Part shown: positions 23,479 through 36,720 of the stretch, one piece after another
Numbering within the stretch: the stretch's first letter is position 1
How the letters are laid out: every line of letters begins with the position of its first letter
Assembly (NCBI GenBank): GCA_036172245.1
Contig: JAYWIR010000109.1
Location: forward strand, 62,001 to 126,000
Direction of reading: 5' to 3'
Source of the DNA: Raillietiella orientalis
Lineage: Eukaryota
DNA: 64,000 nt
Position numbers and translations under genes: made by a program
The notes under the pieces: model-generated
Databases searched by the model: none
Seen by the model: the letters and a program-made list of their open reading frames with translations, nothing else
Told to the model about the DNA's origin: nothing

Positions 23479-26400
23479 TACGCGTTTTTCAGCCTATCCT
23501 GTCGCGTATACACCATTCTGTCTTCGAGCAGGGTATGGGGATCGCTTCAGGAACGTCGGGAAGCAAAGGGGACAAGGAAATCGTGCTGGAAAAGACTCCG
23601 AGGAAACTCGAAAAGGAAAGTCGTACTTGTGGGTGACGCGTTTCTCGAGGTACGCATTTTTGGCAACTTCGAAGCGCCCTGTCGTCGAAAAAAAAGAAAA
23701 AGAAAAAGTAGTGCAACCGATGGTTTCCGATTTTTTTCCCTTTTGAAAACAAAATCTTTTGTCAAGTCTCCTATTTCGGCCTTTGAACCTGGGTGGAAAG
23801 GGAAAAAAAAGTCCTCTCCCCCTCCAAGGAAGAAAAAAAAATGTTCAGTGATGCAAATCATATATATCAGGTGCTCTAATGTTGCTGGCATAATATTTTC
23901 ATCCAAAATAATGCTTTTCTCGAGAGCGTCTTTTTCTCTCTTCCTCCCTCTCTTTGCATCCGAGGATTTGGCATGTTGATGGATATCAAGAAATGAAATT
24001 ACTCACTTGTTAAGTTAAGTGTAGCAGCATAATCGTGTCTGTTTGCGAGGTTAAAGCTCGACTCGAAAGTCGTTCCTGGAGGAACAAGTGTGTTGGTCGA
24101 AAATTCCCCGATGCATCCTTCAGCGCAGTGGATGCCTGCAGCGTGTGCCGATATTTTTCTGGTCAAGTCGCTCGGGATCTGGCCGGCGTGCGAACGAAGA
24201 TAATGATGTACCTCCAGTGCTTCGGAAGTAAGCTGTTTATCATGGTTAAGGTGTTTCCGTCGGTGCAGAAGGGACGGTGCACGCTGTTTTCCTCGAAGCC
24301 GAAGAGGGAGCTCTCTTAATTTGAATGACCCGAATCGTGTGCATCCGCGACGAGCAAGTCGAGACGCGAGGTGTAGAGTATTTTAAGGGCAAAGGGCGCG
24401 TTGGGAATCGACGGATTTTGCCGTGCACTCTCAGCCTCAAGAGTGTGTGTGAGTGGAGGAGGAGGGGGGGGGGGTGCTTTGAGCGATGTCTCGCTCCACG
24501 TTAAATGCCACGTTTGGGAAACTTCCGCGAAGTACCTGAGTGCTTTCGTTTCAAACCGTCGAGAAGCGTGATGTGTGGAGCCTGCGAATTTCGCTCAGGT
24601 CACTGACAAGCGATCCCGGACTTCGTGTGCATATGTGGGCAGTCCGGAATGCCCTATTCTTCACCTTCCGTTGAAGTGCGCATCAGGTTGGACTTTCCCT
24701 CAGTCACCCCCGTGCTGAGGCTTCGCTTCCCGCTCTCCGGACTCTTCTTCCCGAGGAGCGATGGGAGATCTCGGGGACGGAACGTCACGGCGTACGCCTC
24801 CCGGTGCCGAGAGAGCTCTGCAAAGGGGAAAGACTGGCAACGAGCCGTCAGCAAGTAGACTGACGACGGCTCATTCGGACTTTCCCAGCATCTCTTCGGA
24901 TCTGGTGAATACCAAGGCTGAGCATTCTCTTTGTCTCCGGGATATGATGCGGAGATGAATGGAAATAAAAGGAAAAGTACGACGACCGTTACCGAAGATC
25001 GAGTGGTGCCTAAGTGGGGCGCGCGGGCTCGCAGAAAATTTGTTTCATTTAGAGGGAGAGTGTTTCTTTTTTTTTCTTTTTTCCCTTTTCTCTCTCACTA
25101 TCCATTTTTTAAAGTGAAGTAGGGAGATTTTATCGAATCGAAGCATCATAGGCATCCGGTGATTAATGGGCAGGATAAAGTTGTAAATCTTGAGCTTGGG
25201 AAGTCGCACGTCGAGATCGAGGTATCGCGTACGGAACGGTTGCGCCACGAAACCGATGCGAGCTCCACGATCCGAGCGTGCCGGTTTCAACTTTTAGGGG
25301 CAAATGCCCTCACCGACACCGGAACAGCAGCGCTTCCGTTCGTTGAGTGGGAAGAGCTGCTGTGGTCCTTCCTCCGCGCTTTTCGTCAGCGAAGGTCATT
25401 TGCACGGCTGAGCGGGGAGCCGTGGTCGGAACACAGCAGCATAGGAAAAGAGATACCACTTCGGGAATACTTCATGCATAGCTGAAGACCCCCCCCCCCC
25501 CCCCCCAAAAAAAAGGAAGCAGGTTCTCGGAGTTTTTTTCTTGTTCTTCTTCTTCTTCTCTCGGAGCAGATGTGCATCAGCGAAAAGTACACGTTGCATA
25601 GGTCTTGAGCGCTTAATGGATGTAACCTATGAGGCTCCAGTGTCCACGAATCTGTCAGGTAATGCGACGGCTCGATTTTTTTGCAGCCACGGGATGATTC
25701 CGAAGAACCACATTATGCGTTTCTAAAGGATTCAATCTGTCTATAACGAACTGATTTTAAAAAAAAGCGAGATGCCGATGCATGAGCCTGGAGGCAACAC
25801 CCTCCTCAGTTCTCTATCACAATTGCGGATAAACGCAGGTCGTTTAAAAGGGAAAAAGGTCCTTCCACATAATAGGGGGTCCTGCTCCCCCAACACCGGC
25901 AGTTGCCAACGTGGGAAAAGGTGACTGCGGCTCAGAGGAGAAGCATAGGAGTGTTTGAATTTCTTGAAGCGTCGGATATGCAGGGGAGAGGGAGGAGGGG
26001 GAAGACTGGTGCTCATCCACGTGGATGAGTACTCGGGGGGAGAGGGGGGGGTGCCGGCGAGCGTAGCTGCACCCACCTTTTCTCCTGCATTCAAACGCGC
26101 GCGCTCTCAATTGCCTTTAAAGGGTGTGGAATTCCGGGAAAACGGAAGAAAAAAATATTTCTTTTCGAATCCTTTTGCTTCGTTTCTCTTCTTGGGTCGA
26201 TGAGGTCCCCGTTTATCTGACGAAGGAAACTTCTTACTTCGCTGCCATCACGGGGAGGTTGCCGTTGCACACTAGCCCCCCCGGAGTCTGGCGCAGTTCG
26301 TGGGTCGCTCCGGATCTTTGCCAGAGATGAAAGTCATGGACGTCTCTTGAAAATCCCCGTACACTTTTTGGTGGGAACCAAGACGTACGGGTGCTCATTC

Positions 26401-29400
26401 TGTCGTGTGGAAGGCGCAAGCACAGCGAGCGGAACTTATACGGCACATTTTCGAGGAGGTTACGGAAGGCAAGGTAAAGAGAAATGAGAATGACCAGTTG
26501 CCGACTGTGGAGCCTTGCGCCTTGGGCCTGTAAGGAAAGTTTAGCTTCCCACACACCTACCCCCTCCCCCTCACAACACGCCCACGCACATATGCGAAAA
26601 CAAAACACACACACACACACAAAAAAAGAACAGTAAGCGAGTCAAGTACATAAACGAGGACCGGAGTGACTGGAAGGAGAAACCTGTAAGAGCGATTGCC
26701 TAGTTTGCGCACATGACGACGTGTGTGCGAAACGAATGCCGGCATTGCTGGACGATTCCACCGAATGCAGATGACACGAATCCATGCCTACCACACTGCT
26801 GTGCCAGAAAGTTGGTTTCCTCTTTGTGCAGTTTCCTAATGCACCAGATAGCACTGACCGATTGATTTCCATGTGAGCTGCAGCATGCGAAGACAATTTC
26901 CCGTAATACTGCTCATTTTTGTCAGTATGAGAGGAAAATTGGAAGGACGCGAGCGGCGAGCGGCAGAAGCTTGGCCAATGTCTAAAAGCCAACGCTTTGT
27001 TTGATCTCGATGCTGCACATCGTTTCTACATCGTTAACTGTAGTCACCGATTTGAGAAACGAGTCTCAGGCATTACCCAAATGCGCCTGACAAGAGTCAG
27101 CATACGGAGTCTCATAGCAAGTGAGATAATTCGAGTAGCACATGTATCTTGAGCGAGTGTTTTTCTTACCGAGCAGAATTTTTTCCGCTAATGATTTCCG
27201 TTCCTGCATGATGTGCAACTTTAGACAAGCAAGAGAGCGGAGGGAAGCGTATTCGTGCTAACCGATTCCCGATCCGGGAGGACCAGCGAACAAGGAAAAA
27301 AAAAAAAAGAGAGATGAGAATTCGCCTTCCATTTTTGCGTATTCGTGCCGCAGAGAGAGCTCATGGGTAGTCCAGTAGGTGCACGGGCCAAAAAAGAAAG
27401 CGGGTGATTTGGTCCGGGGTCGCTCAGGAGGAAAGACAAGGAGAGAGTTCCTTTTCCATGAATACTGCGAGGTGGGCGCCCTCATTAATAAGATCAACAG
27501 CTAACTGGGTGGAATCGACGGCAAGAGTTACTAATGTGTGCGGGGGGGGGGAGGGGAGGGGGGGGGGGACGCAAATCTCGCAAATGCTGTTTAGAATGGA
27601 AGAAGCACGATGAATACACACACACACACACACGCCTACTCGTGCTGCACGCGATGCAGTGTTGTAACGCACGATTGTTACGTGCTTGTGTTCTGCGCAA
27701 TCATCACTACCATGTGCTGGCTTGTGTACGTGTCACGCCAAACTGGTGGCATGCGAACGGGTCCTTCCAGCAGGCGCCTTCGTGGATGGGAAACGATACA
27801 GAACACCTGAGAGTGTTCAGTGAGCTAAAGGATCCGCAAGCCGTTCCGGTTCTCTTGGAAGTGCGTGTTTCTGTCGAAGAACGTCGAGGAAGCGATCGCT
27901 GGCCCACAAGTTGTTCCCACATGTGTGCCATCGCCGCCTGGTCTCCGCAGCTCTCTTCGGGCGCCAAAAGACCTGATGGCAAAACTGGGTGGATGGCGAG
28001 GTCGTTCGGGGCCTGCAACCGGAGAAAAGAAGGAAAGGAAAGCAGGAACGAGTCCAAGACATTTGGAGACACTTCGAGCTCCACTGCTGGCAGCTGTGCC
28101 GGTTTTGATTTTCTGGAGGTCTCCAAACCACGCTGCTAAGGGTGACGTAACGGGCGAAAGCGTCGAGCTGTGGAAACTATCGTACGATCGTAGAAGTCCG
28201 AAGCATACCTGGGCAACCGGAGCTGGAGCTTTCGGGGAGCATCCCCTCTTGCCGTAAGCGGAAACAGGAAGCAGCGCGCTTTCTAGAACTCTGCTTCTTG
28301 CATGGTGGTGGCGGCGGCGGCGGCTCGCAACGCAACGTTTCATGACAAGCATCAATTCGTCCCTCACTCGTGTTTTTCCTCCTTCCCCCCCCCCCCCCCC
28401 TTTTTGCTTCCTTTTTAATTTTCCTGTTTCTGTTTTTAACTTTCTTGCAAAATTCCTTTCCGTGAAATTTCACTTTTGCTGTGCGGAAGCGATGCATTGC
28501 TACTAATTTGGAAGAAAACTTTTTTTTTCCCCTCCCCCCTCTCGAACAATTCCTTATTCTCTTCGTCCTGATCATCCTAAACATCGCGTCTCGAAGAGCT
28601 CCTCGGACGATTGCCATTTGTCAGATTTTTTCTGCTGATTCGAAGACTGCAAGCTGGAAGGACTTCCAGCATCCAGCCAGAGCGCCGTGATGCTGCACGA
28701 ACCCTCCGAGGCGTGTCCCGGTTCGATCTGCTGAGTACTTCGTGCGACGAGTGTCCGCGGCTAATGAGACGAAGAACGACGCCACCCTGCGCGTCCGGAG
28801 TACCGCTTGAGTGTTCGTCATCGTCATCGTCGCCGTGGTGACCGGGAACGAGCCGTCGAAGCACCTGGTGGGTGCCCCGTTCCCGTACACTACGCCGCAG
28901 ATCAAAACCGAATTTCCCTTTCTGGCTCGCTACGCGGCACCGTGTACCGTACGACGTCTATTTATAACTCGCAAGAGCATTGTTGAGCGGAGCCACGCAC
29001 CTGGCGCTCATGGCAACGACGATTCGAATCACGTGGAACGGGACGCGAGGTACGCTTTCTTGCGTGCCGGCACCATGAGCGTGTGGAATTTTGTGCACGG
29101 ATTTGTAACTGTTTCACAATTTGACAGGGATTTCATGCAAGGATGATCGCTTACGTTGGGCAAAAGGGGAGGAATCGGGGTGCTTTGATTTGCTCTCCAC
29201 CTAGGCGATACCGTTAGATTTGTATCCACAAGCACGCGCAAATACTCGAGGAATCGAGCAGGGACCATCTTGTCTTGGACTTCGAATCTCCAAAAAAAAA
29301 ATCTCTGATCTTGTCTCTTGAATGTGTGTTATTCTGTGTTTGCAACAGCTGCATATGTGTACACACTGGTGGGAGAGAATCCCTTGTTTGTGAACGTGCG

Positions 29401-29599
29401 TGTCGTACTTGGAGAGTAGCTGCAGTTGTTTCTTGATGCCTCTTGTCTTGTTTTTTTTTTCCTTTCTTTTTCGTTTTGTTGTTTTCGCCTTTTTGTGTTT
29501 GCCTTCGCAGCTGTGATTCCATTCAACAGTGTACAAGTGAGTATATACCGCCCTCCTGAAGAGTTTCGTGCGCTGCGCGCTGCTGCCAGCCGATTCCTC

Positions 29600-30373
29600 T
29601 TGCGACGAATGCTTGGCGCCTGATTCCGCATACGAAGAAAAGTGCTGGGGGCGGGTGGGAGGGACACCATGCTGAAAGATAATTTCATGGGGGAAGAATG
29701 AATGCTCGGGCGAGCGCTTCCTTCGCCGATCATCTTAGGCGTCGCCAATTCCGCGAATGTCCTCAGGCGCGCAGACGTCTTCTTGGCGAGACTCCGCGAA
29801 GTGACGCGCTGCTGGACGTTAGGGGATCCCACCACACAATGGCTACCCGAAACGCTCATGGGGAACCACGAGAGCGTTTGAGAAGGGAAGCGCGTATGCT
29901 GGAGCTGCTACCGGTAGTTCCACGCGTGGCTCTCCGGATGTCCTACCAGAGGCCTGGGACGCAGAGATCGGGTGGGAGGAGGAGGAGGAGGAGGAAGGGG
30001 AAAAAAAGGGAAACAACTTGCGACTCGCCAAGAAAGCTTCGGTCCAGATGGCTACCGATTCTGCGGAACTGTCACGTAACGGTAGTTGGTCGTTCGTCCA
30101 CCGCGCCTCCTCGCGCGGCAGCTGCTGCTGTGCCCATTCAGAGAGCGCTGTGACGTGCCACGTTGGGTGAGGGAGCGGCTCAGGAGAGAAGCAGAGGGGG
30201 GGAGGAGGGAGGCGAAGACAAAGAGAACCCGTCGCCATGGATGCGTCACCGTCGCGTAGCACCGCCCTGCGAATATCTGGAGGAGCGTTTCTCTCTTCGA
30301 GTATCCGCCGCAGGACCACATCATCAACCGTTCGGGATGTCCATTCGATGGACCTGAGACGTGTTTTTCCCAA
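29600..30373 (-). mobile_element. Highly decayed non-LTR reverse transcriptase relic
   Basis: TVDDVVLRRILEERNAPPDIRRAV and ARLRTFAELATPKMIGEGS resemble the segments after KAFD and after YADD in non-LTR RT. Confidence 0.4.
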
Positions 30374-33300
30374 GACCGGAGTGGCGGCGGCGGCGCGCTG
30401 TCTCCCCCTCCTCTCCCTGATCTAGCGGAAGATCGTTGGCGCGCTTCCTCGTTGTCAGTCAGCTGTTCGCGCGCCCCCGCTCGCTCACTCTCTATCCCGC
30501 GCACGCGCGTGAGCGGAGAGAAGAGAGAGGAGGGGGGGAGCACGCTGACGTCATCGGACAAATGAACGCTGCCTCGCGGATGATTCGGGCTGCAGCGAGA
30601 GCCCGCCGCCGCCCGGCTCGCAGATACTTCCGCCTCTCCGCTTGCGCGCGCGTGCGTTTCCGACAGCGCGGTCGCAGATCGGAAACGCTGCCGCCGTCGC
30701 CGATGCCGTCGCCTTCGCATGAGGACGGGGAGGGGCAGGGAGAACAACGGGTCTCCGCCTTTCTCGAGATGCCGCACGCAGAAGAAAGGAAAGGAGTCCA
30801 CCCCACCCCTTCTGTCCCCACGCTTCTTATTCCATCCCATCTGGGAGGAGGAAGTCGCAGTTTGAGGGAGCAGGGGAGCGGGGCTATACCGTCCGCACCC
30901 TTTTCGTGCCCCTCATGCCTTCTCCCTCGCCGGCTGGTAACGACAGAAGCGCTGGAGGCGGCGCTGCGGGCCGCTCGTCCCCACCTCCTCACCCCACCTC
31001 GGTGCCTTCCGTTCTCGCGTTGCTCCGAGACTCCGTCGGACGACCCGACAGTGGTCGGTCCTTAGGCCCAGCATCGCTGCGGAATTCCAGAGGTCTCAAA
31101 GAAGAGGTTGGCGTGGAAGCGATAGGTGGGAGGAGGCTGGAGCATGGGAGGAAAGGAGCGAACGTTTCTCCCTAGGCGATCTCGGGCGGAGAAGGGAGCA
31201 ACCGCTTCCCATCGGCGGCAGCGGGCAGGTCTCGGTCGCAGGGAGGTGTGTTTGTCCGATCGCGGACTCCCGAGGCCCCCGACGATCGATCGCGCGCTCC
31301 CGGTGCTGTGGCCTCCCGGGGCGAGAGGCGGACGACGACCTCCTCGATGACCTTGGAACCACGATGCCTCGCCGGGCGTTGAGCAGACAGTAGCTCGTTG
31401 CTCTCCTCCTCCTCCGAGGAGGTGCCGCAGCCACGGCGGCCGGGAGGCGCATCCGTTCCTGGAGCTCCCGTCCGGGCAGGAGGAAGGGCGGAGGGCCGTG
31501 CGCACCGGCAGGGATAGGCCGCCGACTCCGCGCTCAACCAGCCGGCGCTTCACCAGGGAAGAGACGCGGGTTGTTTGCATCGTGGGCACTGCCTCTCCGC
31601 CAGAGGTACACGGACCAGCTGCCCTTCGCGCTTTTCTCGGACGAGGCTTTCGCTCTTGCCGCTGTTCTTTTCCTCAACAGTGTGGCGGCGGCGGCTCGCT
31701 GCCGCTGACGAAGCGACTGTCGCTGTCGTCAGCGTCTCCGCTGCTGCAGCTGTGGACGCTTCTCTCTCGCCCCGCCCCCTCGGCCACCGTTGCCGACCTG
31801 CTTCCTCCTCCGGCTGCTCCCTTTCGACGGCCTTCGGAATTTCCTTCTCCCACAAGGAAGCGCAGCGGGGGAGGAGGGGAGCGACCCTTCGCAGCGGTGG
31901 AGGTCATTCCCCGCGCGTCCCGGCGTCCGTCCTTCTCCGGAGAGGAGGAAGCTGCGGAGGAGAGGATGAGGAGAAGGAGAGCAGGGCAGTCGAGAGGGAA
32001 AGGGAGTGCCCCGGGCATTCACAGGAGAGTTAGCGGAAGAAACGGAGACCCGGCGAAACCTCGCGTCTCCATGCTTTCTTCTCCATGACCCGTGGGTCGG
32101 TCTTCCCTGCTGCGAGTGCTTTTCCACAGAGTTCCCTGCCCGCAACATGGTGGCTCCTGAAGACGTTGGAGCACTGGTGGTCCACCGTGCTTCCCCCTTC
32201 TGGCCCTCCGTCCCTTTCTTCAGGGGGCAGGCAGGAGAGATTCCGGAGAGGAGGATAAGCTCCCCCCGGGGCTTCGAAGGCGGCAGGGAGAACGGGCAGT
32301 TCTTCCTCCACTTAGAAGGCGACGTCAGAGCACGGCGAGGACGTCACGGACCTCCGAATTGCGGCAGCGGTCCTTCCCAAGGATCGCGACCTTTCATCAG
32401 GGCATCTCTGTGGTCCGAGGAGCTCCCGGAGGACGGACACTCTCAAGGAACATCGAGAGCTGCGTCCCGAAGGAAAGGTGCGCTGCCGTCTCCCCAGGAA
32501 GAAGGTGGGCGGAACAGGAAAAGGAAGAGAGACAGCCTTCGGGGCAAGGCGGCACGCGCCTCCTTCCTTCTCTGTCCTGAGACCTCTCCAGACTCCTTGC
32601 GTCGGCGAGGGAGGGAGGAAGGGGTTGCCGAGGGCGAGGCTGTGTCTCCTGACTGCAAGCGGTCGCGCACCGGGGATTTTTTGTCCCGGAAGCGGGGGAC
32701 GGGAGGATGATGTCCGCACCATCACTTGCACAGCCATACACCCACCCACTTCGCCACCCCTTTCCTCTTCGTCACCCACGGGGTCGTGGCGCTGCCGGCA
32801 GCGCTCCGTGCTCTCCTCCTGGCACTCCCCCGCGACCCCTTCGACGCCGGGAAAGGATAGTCCCGGCAACACCCGTGATCCACTTGCCGGATCTCTCCCT
32901 TCCTCCTTCCCCTCCCGCAGCACAGATGCGGTCCAGATGACGCGCATCATCAGTTCTAGGAACACCCGCGCTGCACCTCCAGGAGCGTCGAGTGGGAAAC
33001 GAGGCACCCCCGCCCCCCGAAGGTTGCCAAGGAGATCGGCTGCAGGAGCGCTTGCGTTCTCGATTGCCAACAAGGAGCGATCTGCTTGAACCCCAGCCTC
33101 CAGCTTGGAGTCCACTTTCCCCCTTCTCCCCACTGCTCGCTTCCTTCCGGCGCCCCCTTTTCCCCGTAGTCGCGCCCCGCGCGCGCTCGCTTCCTCCGCC
33201 AGATGGCCTTCTGCTCTTGCTCCGCTTCCTTGTTTCGGCCCGTCCTTAGGGGACACCGGCAAGCGCGGAGGGTCGTCCAAGAACCTCGCCGACCCCTTCC

Positions 33301-36299
33301 ATCTCATTCTGTATCCTGCCCTCCCCCACCGGACTCTGAGACGAGCTCGAGAGCTGCGTCTTCCTCCGGCTTCTTCGCCAGAAATTTCCCGGGTCTTCCT
33401 CGAGGGGAAGGGTGGAAACTCGTTTTTCATTCATCTTCCTCTTCCTCTTCTTCCCTTCCTTCTTCCCCCAGCGACATCGCCTCGTCCGAGCACCCGCGAG
33501 AAGACGCTGTTGCCGGGAAGACGGCCGTCCGTCGTGAGTGGAGGCAGAGGGCGGGCAACCTCGTCGTTCCTTCCGCGGCCCTCGGCTGAAGGCGGAGACT
33601 GTAAGATGGAAGGCCACGTGTTTTGCGGGCGCGTTGTCCTAGCGAGGCCGTGAGCGTCAGGTTGCCACCTCAGTCTGCCCTTCCCCCGAGACCGCGGTGC
33701 CGCCTGCCGAGCAGGGTGGGCGCCCAGGGAGGCGACTCTTGGGCAAAGACGGCTCGGAAGAAAGTGCAGCGACGTGCGTGGGGAGGCTAAGCTGGGTTGT
33801 CCGCCGTGGCCCCCAGCTCGGGGAGAGGAAGCATCTCCGCGTGGGGCTGCCGCGCCTACTGGAACAGCAAGACGAACGACAGTTTTCCTCCAAGGCATTC
33901 CGGCCTGCAATGGGGGAGGGAGAGAGCGGAGGGTGGGAAGGCGGAGGGGACACAGGAAAAAGAATGCCTGCTCTGCCGTTGCCCCGTAAGACGCGCCTCG
34001 TAGGAAGTAGCGGGCGCATGCACCGCACTAGCATTTTGCTCGGCATTGAATAAGCACGCGGCAATGGATGCGGTCCCCCCAAAAAACAACAAAAACGGGG
34101 TCTGCGGACGAGGCCGAGTCGGGGTGAAAGAGGACATGGGCTCGGTCCGTGAGGACAACCCGGGGAGTCGCCCACGCCGAAGCGGTCGTTCCGCGACTCA
34201 CCCGCAACTCCAGGAGCAACGGCTGGACCAGGTTAACAGGCGGCGGTGCTTTCTGGAAGATTACGGAATGATCCGTGCGATACGGCACACCACCACCGTC
34301 CGCTCTGCACTAAGCAACGCGTAACAAGCGGGTGATTAACCCCAGGTCTCGCTCTCCTTTTTTTGTTTTTGTTTTCGCTCACATGAAACTGCATTGGCAG
34401 GAGATGACACGTTCAAAAGCAACTACTGCCAAGTGCCGCAGATTTCATGAGGGCAGCACGCGGGAAGCACATAGAATTTTCTACTAGCAACAAAAACGAG
34501 GAAAAAATAAAAAAAGAGGGAAAATCTCCGCAACTTGCGTACGGTGAGAAGCATCCGTAGCAACGCGTTGCTAGGACTAGTGTGGTGCCTCCGATGGGTG
34601 TTGGAGGCGGCGAATAGCAGGCGAGAGCGCGTACTCCCCCCGTATGTGCGAGGGAAGTGCCTTGGATGGGAAAAGGGATCTTGGGTGGAGAACCGGTAAG
34701 TGACCCCCCGTGGCCGGTCCGGTAGGCGACCCTTTCCCGAGTTCTCTGCAGACGAAAATCCGAGATCTCCCCCCGCAATCCCAGTGCGGTTAGCTCAGCT
34801 CCCGAAAAATCGCCAGGACCGGACGGAGAGAAGCGGCCCGCGCAGGGCGGCAGCAGATTGGCGCAGACCGGGGGTCGAAGAAAGAACCTTTCGCGCATGC
34901 GCGCTCGCTCCTCCGTTCCCTCCGCTCCTCGCAGGAAGCCGAGCGATCCGAGCGGGACTGTGCGCATTCCTCCACGTGGGAGCGATCCGACAGGAGGCGC
35001 GGCGCGTGCGCAGTAGGTGGACGCGTCGTCGTCGTGCGCGGAATTGCCGCTCTCGAAGGGCGAACGTGTCCGGATGAGAGCGGAAGAGCTTACGGATTCC
35101 ACCTCACGGTTTCCCGTTCTACGTGTGCCGATTTTTTTTTCTTCCCCCCCCCCCCGCGTGTTACACAATCGATCAATGAAAAAAGGCCAAAAAAAATAAA
35201 GTAAAATCAGCTCTCGCGAAACCAACAGGGTGATCCAAGTTACGATAGGCAGCATGCCTGGGCATGCAAAACCACGAGACGTTCATCTCGTTCTGGGGTC
35301 TGCACCACCCTGCCCTCTCCCCATGCCCGGCAGTCCTGCGACCGCTGGGCTTCGCCTCCCAGATGCTCCGTGCCGTCTTCCCGTCTCCCGTTCCTGCTGC
35401 AGCCGCGCTCTCCCCCCGCCTCCTGCCTTCGACGCACGGAGCTGCGCGCGAGCGTTCGGAAGTTTCCCGCGCGTTTCCAGCGCCGCGCCGGGGTTCCGGA
35501 AGGGAGCGCTGCCCTTGCTGCAGCAGCTGCTGCTCTGTCGTCCATGGCAACAAGAGGAGAGCAAAGGGAGGGAGAGCGCGCGAAACCCTTCGACGAGATT
35601 TTTCCGATCCCCGAAAACAAAACAACTTGCCCTTCTTCCTCTGCGGATCTCCCCGCGCGGAGCGCGAAATGGAAGCGACCGGTAGGGTTGCGCTCGAGGG
35701 ACCCCACTCGCCGGGGTTTCCGACGGAGCGCTCCTCTGCTGAATCTCTCTCTCGCAGCCGCGTGTCCCTCTTTGAATTTCTTCTCTTCCTCTCTTTCGTC
35801 CGTGATCCGGAAGCGTTGGGATTGTGGCTGGGGTTCCGCGAGCGAACCTTCGGCGCTAAGGGCACATGCACTGGGAGGGAGGGTGTTCCCTGTGTTCTGT
35901 CCCCCCTTCTCAGGCTTCTCTGTTTTTCTCCTTTTTACCCCTCCTTTTTTTTTTTTTTCAAATGCATCCGTTCCGGGTCCCGCGGGACGCCTTCCGCACT
36001 TCCCGTGCCCTCGTTCCCAGCAGCTCCTGGAGAGGGGCGGATGAGCTAGTTCCTGAGGCACGTGCATGAGCGGAGGCTGCTCGCTGTGCGCGGCCGGGCA
36101 CGGTGCGGTGGGCGGCCGCCCCGGTCACCCGGGCACGCAGAAGGGCTCATCGAACCGAACCCTTCTGCGGGAGGGGCCGCAGGATGTCTGCGTGTGAGGG
36201 GAGCGTGCCGAGCCCTGCTCGGGGGCAAACCGATGGGACTGTTGCGTACTTCCGCGGTTGCTGCCGTTGCTATGGTTGCCCCTTTTTCCCGACCCTGCT

Positions 36300-36720
36300 G
36301 CTTTAGCAACTCCTGCTACTGCCAGTGCCCTTCTAGTATATCCCCTTTGGCCACCAGCACTGCAGTTCTGCTGATACCATTGTTAGTCTTATCACGACTT
36401 CTGCTATGGCCACCGCCACCACTGCTGCTACCTCTACCGCTTGTGCTGCATCTGCAACTGCAAACACTATCGTTTCTGCTACTGCTGCCTATACTGCCAG
36501 TGCCGCAATTTCCTGCCTGGAAGCTGCGAGAGGGGCATCTCTGATCCAGGAGCACCGGGAGTGGGCAAGAGGAGGACGTGAAGAAGAGGAGAAAGGAGGG
36601 AAGGGAAAAAGATGAGAAGGGGAGAAAAGAAGAGGAAGAGGAAGGTGGGAAGAAAAGAGGAGGAAAAAATAAGGCAGGAGAAGGAGGAGGATAACGTGAA
36701 GAGGAGGATCCAAAGAAGCC
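36300..36720. repeat. Degenerate CTG/CTA triplet tract followed by a polypurine tract
   Basis: About 36300-36520 is decayed (CT(G/A))n; about 36570-36720 is almost purely A/G. Confidence 0.6.

Noticed and set aside
36406..36615. Ala/Thr-rich ORF resembling a mucin or antifreeze protein
   Set aside because: Decayed triplet repeat with no signal peptide or splice support.
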